DNA of 53,648 bases, the filler included, from Sluysia triapertura (taxonomy: Eukaryota): assembly GCA_046118255.1 (NCBI GenBank). It is 4 parts of 4 records of this genome, joined end to end, with 100 filler letters (N's around TTAATTAATTAA, not from the genome) between each part and the next. Parts side by side here need not be neighbours in the genome. Positions count along the whole stretch, not along the records: positions 37,551 to 53,648 come from JBJNIA010210699.1; 3 more parts are not named here. One strand, given 5' to 3'. This document shows positions 49,587 to 53,648 of this stretch, piece after piece. The position numbers and the translations under genes are program-made. Numbering within the stretch: position 1 is the first letter of the stretch; each line of letters opens with the position of its first letter. The notes beneath the pieces are model-generated. The model was given only the letters and a program-made list of their open reading frames with translations. It did not search any database and was not told the origin of the DNA.

Positions 49587-49942
49587 ATGGCATTAAAGTA
49601 TAGTCATGATAGTGCAACCGATTTTAAAAGTTATGCCCCTAAGAAAAGTTTTAAAATATTTGGTAAAGGTTATTACTAAGAAAGAAATGGTGCCACTTAG
49701 ACGATTTAATGGTTGTCTTGGCCGTAAAGCACAATCTAAGGCTTTCAAGTGTCCTCGAAAAACCTGCTGAACATTTATTAGACATATTGAGAAATGTAGA
49801 AGCGAATGTTGAGTTTAAAGGTTTAGATGCTGATCAAATAAATACGTGTTCACAGAGTTTCAAAATGGAAACATAAAAGTCATTGTAAGATTAATAGAAC
49901 TAGAGTTCTCCTTTGAATGTGCAAATTATTTTGTGCGAAAAA
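49587..49942 (+). pseudogene. RPL17: 60S ribosomal protein L17 (uL22) pseudogene
   Basis: Reads MALKYSHD...KS/MPLRKVLKYLVKVITKKEMVPLRRFNGCLGRKAQSKAF/PAEHLLDILRNVEANVEFKGLDADQ/...SSPLNVQIILCEK, compared with RPL17 [38 protein letters not shown] and SSPCHIEMILTEK. There are several deletions and frameshifts. Confidence 0.88.
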
Positions 49943-51819
49943 TAAAGAAATTCAAATTTTAACAAATTTAAGCAAGAAGTAATTTTAAAAGCAAATTATA
50001 TTTGTAAAGAATATGTTACAGAACATCTTAGAGGAACGTGCCAGGAATACCGTTAGGAAGAAGTCCAAATTTTAGGAAGACGATGCATCTTCGAAAGTAA
50101 ATAAGTGCATCATTTATAAATTCAAAAGTGATCAATTATTTAATCTATTGTACCTGATTGTGCTTAGGGGATTTTTTGTATGTTACAAAAGACTTTAAAT
50201 TTCAAATAGTTTTAGTTAAATGTAATGATGATCTTGGCAAATTTTGTAAAATAAATGGTCTTAAGTGTTATTCATATTTTAAATTTAATCAAGTTTAAGT
50301 ACTATTGTATACAAAATTTAAATGTTAAGTTTAATAACAGCAACAAATATAATATGAATTATAAGCAAGACACTCAAATATGACGTATTTCTCGAATTAG
50401 ATTTTAACATGACCAATTTAAATTGGTGGTTTATTATTTTGGAAAATATATTAGTTGCAAAATTACCACTTGTTAAGTTGCCATCACAACCTCCTAAAAT
50501 AACTTAAAATACCATCACAATATTTAAAATCATTTTAAAAATCTTATTTTCCAAAAAATAAATTTATTTTCGAAAAAAGAAAATTCGCTTCTAAAAATAG
50601 AATAGACGTTTCTAGAATGTTCTAGAACTAGTATGTAAACTAGCATCAGTTTAATAATAGATACCATCTTGTATCATTCGACAACTATTCTGCCATTTGG
50701 TGTTTTGATTTTGGTGATTTCATTTCAATTAATGTCCTTCGATCAGTACCCGTTTTTCAATCCATAAATGTTGCAAGTTATTTTTATTAAGGTATTACTA
50801 ATTGTCAAAAATTAGCTTTGTAAAATTATTTTTTAAATACATATTTAATTCCCCGATATATTGAGGATTAAATTAAAATTAAAATTTAAAAATTAAAGGC
50901 ACTTATGGTTTTAATTTTAAAAATTAATCTTGTAACTTTTATTGCCACCTACTTCTTCTAAAATTCTGCTTAGAATTGTTTCAATATAATTAAAATGTTT
51001 TTGTGAATTTTTAACCGATTGTATATTTTCGATTATAAACACTGCTTGAATTATTGTTTTATTTTAAAAGACAGATGTAAAATTTTTTGTTACATTAATC
51101 TTAATGATATTAGAATAAGATCATTCTAAATGAGATCATTCTTAACATATTTAAAAATTTAAAATTGAATAAAAAGAGCAATTAGATTTAAGACCATCCA
51201 AGAAATAAATATCTAAATCGCATACATAAGTGAAATTTTGTAATTAAATAAAGAATATATTAAGTTGAAGACAAATTGTACGCTAAGGAACGCCCTATCT
51301 ACGTTGTAAGTCGCTTACTGTAACCAGACTGTACTGAAGAATATTTTTTTCCGTAGGTTAAGTGTTAAAAAACCATAGCACAATCATAAGTAACAATCTG
51401 ATGATATCTACCATTATTGTAAAATATTCTTTAAATCATTTACATAACTGAAAAGTTATAAAAACTTCTAAGCTTTTTTGAATATAATAATATATGTCGT
51501 AAATTTTTCGAGTTGGATCTATTTTTCTACAGAATTTTTACTTAATAAACTTACGCTGGTAAAAATATTTGAATAACTTGAAATAAATACAGTAATCAGA
51601 AGATCCAATTAATTAATGTTGTCGTGAACGTTAATTAATTTATTATTTTCTCGTTTATATTAAATATATGGAACGTATTTATTTTCATTTTTTAATATTA
51701 TAAACTTTTAACTTAAGGTCTTTAACAAAAACAAATAATATTATTTCGAGAAATACAATTAAATTTTGAACACACAAATTTATATTAAACAAAAATATAA
51801 CAGAAACATGACAATAAAA

Positions 51820-52722
51820 TACCTTTAGAAATAGTTATGATATTGCATTAATGTATTTTGTGTAAAGCAACATGTAACAATAATAAAAACGTGCAACCAA
51901 TAATCGTAGGAGAGAATATTATAATAGACGATAATAATTGTTGTAATATAATAACTATCACATAATTACATATGTCATATGCATAAATATGTTATAGCTT
52001 TTGTCATGATAACACCGAAATTTATAGAAGTATTAGCAGAAAATATGGTTAAAATAATTGCTTTACGCATTTATGAACTATTTTAACATAATGTTAATTT
52101 AAATAAAAATGATAATAAGATAATTAAGATAGCATTATAATAAGTACTAATAAAATACGTTGATGCAAACATAAAATATTTAATTTTATTATAATCGCAG
52201 CAAATATGATAAGCAAATATCTCACTAACATTCCACGTGAAAGCTATTTTCACTTGACTTTTTAATAACTGATTTTTAACGTTTTCGATTTCTTTTGTTA
52301 TTGTTTTATTAAAAAGAGAGTCATATCTTCACTAAATTTTATCAAATGTTTTGTTTTTTAATATCATTTAAGCAGTAATTTTCCGTAATCATTTGTTCAT
52401 GATAAACCATTTGTTCACTAAGTCTATTTTTTAAATCTATACCTAACTGATTAATTAAATCTTTATATTTAAATAATAAAACTAATAAAAGTTGTAATTT
52501 ATATCTAATATCATTTTGAATTTGTTTTAGACGATTTATTTCAGCATGAATTTTTAACAATAGACGGTCGTTTATTTCAATAGTTTTAGTTTGATCTTCT
52601 TTAATCAATGATATCATTGATGCATAATAAGCTAATGCTGCTATTTTGAATGTATTGAAAAGGCTTGCAAATAGTACCACCGATGACGCCTTTTCTCCAA
52701 AACATTTAACTATTAAAATAGT
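51820..52722 (-). pseudogene. Decayed gene fragment, coiled-coil plus hydrophobic segments, family unknown
   Basis: A 112-aa ORF (52342-52680) follows a TTTAG acceptor and continues in frame through scattered stops. Confidence 0.3.
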
Positions 52723-53319
52723 CTAAATGATTTAGAAACAGAAAAGGGAAAAAGCGAAGTTTTTCCTGTTTAAGAAATACTAAAATGAATTATTTATTTT
52801 AAGCGACTTGAGTGTTATTTTTATTTTTCTACTTTGAACGATTTTGAGTAATATGATGAAATAAATACAAATTGTATTAGTAAAAATACTAACAATAATA
52901 ATAGTTATAATATACAAGAAACAACGAAAAGATATATACATATATACAAGAAAAAGAACAATAATAATAATATACACAATTTTAATAATTATGAAATTAT
53001 TACGACTGTGTTTACATTTTGTATGCCTTGATGTAGTGGTTTGATGTGTTGTAATTTGTTTATATATATGATGTGTGTTTTGTGTTAAAGTTTGTTTGTG
53101 GTTGTTATGAGTTGATTTGGAGTATTGTACAGTTGTTACTCAAAGTTATAATATGAAATTACTGTAATACTTAGAAATGTTTGGTGAAACGACTTTTCTT
53201 AACATAATATATGTTTAAACAAGAAAAAGAACAACAAACCAAATCTTATAACAACGATAATAATAATAATATACAAAATTTGGTGATGTGTAAAAATGTT
53301 AATTAACTTATCGCTTTTA

Positions 53320-53648
53320 AATAATTACAGACTCGTATCAAATATAACATTCTTATCAAAATTGATTGAAAAAGCAGATTTACAACAGTTCTCCAAGTTC
53401 TTAGATGAAAATAAACTTCCTACAATGAATCAACCACTCAACAGAAACGGCTATTTTAAGAATAAATTTTGATATATTAAACTGTTTTAATCACAATAAA
53501 TGTATTTTGATGGTTTTGTTAGACATGGTTTGAAATATTATTTTGTGTTTTCCAAAGAATGTGTCTCTCAGTTAGTGCAATAAAATGGTTTGAATCATAT
53601 TTAAAAGAAAGAAGGCAATACGTTTTATTGAATAATGTGAAGTCAAAT
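53320..53648 (+). mobile_element. Non-LTR retrotransposon (CR1/L2-type) reverse transcriptase relic
   Basis: NNYRLVSNITFLSKLIEK...NQ/HSTETAIL....DIL...ILMVLLDM/...AIKWFESYLKERRQYV. Confidence 0.88.

Noticed and set aside
50010-50110. Tc1-like fragment QNILEERARNTVRKK..F*EDDAS
   Set aside because: About 30 codons only, with no flanking support.

Overview
This is very AT-rich metazoan nuclear DNA with spliceosomal GT-AG introns, many only 31-55 nt long. It is not prokaryotic. The window is four unrelated contigs joined by artificial 100-nt linkers (N44-TTAATTAATTAA-N44 at 11344-11443, 23665-23764 and 37451-37550), so adjacency across those points is not biological. Recognisable host genes are the first coding exon of a tau-tubulin kinase (+), the 3' part of a fibrillar collagen with 8 exons (-), a complete 4-exon RNF170 (+), and the last 4 exons of cytoplasmic dynein intermediate chain (-). 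Pseudogenes include a VGAT/SLC32-like copy, RPL17 and a possible DH-PH-REM GEF. Transposon relics include Ty3/gypsy, Ty1/copia, CR1/L2-type LINE, Tc1, pogo, two TTAA piggyBac-type MITEs, and a tRNA-like repeat present twice. The most unusual region is 37.6-43.4 kb. It holds densely packed, intronless, decayed orphan ORFs, one with FLAG-like DYKDDDYK repeats plus a CCCH finger and one with 31-aa repeats. It also carries a double-hairpin module and an LTR-like family ending GGTTGRYCACCACA, and the same module-plus-LTR-end arrangement recurs on another contig at 9.9-10.7 kb. All family assignments come from manual translation and motif recall; no database searches were run.
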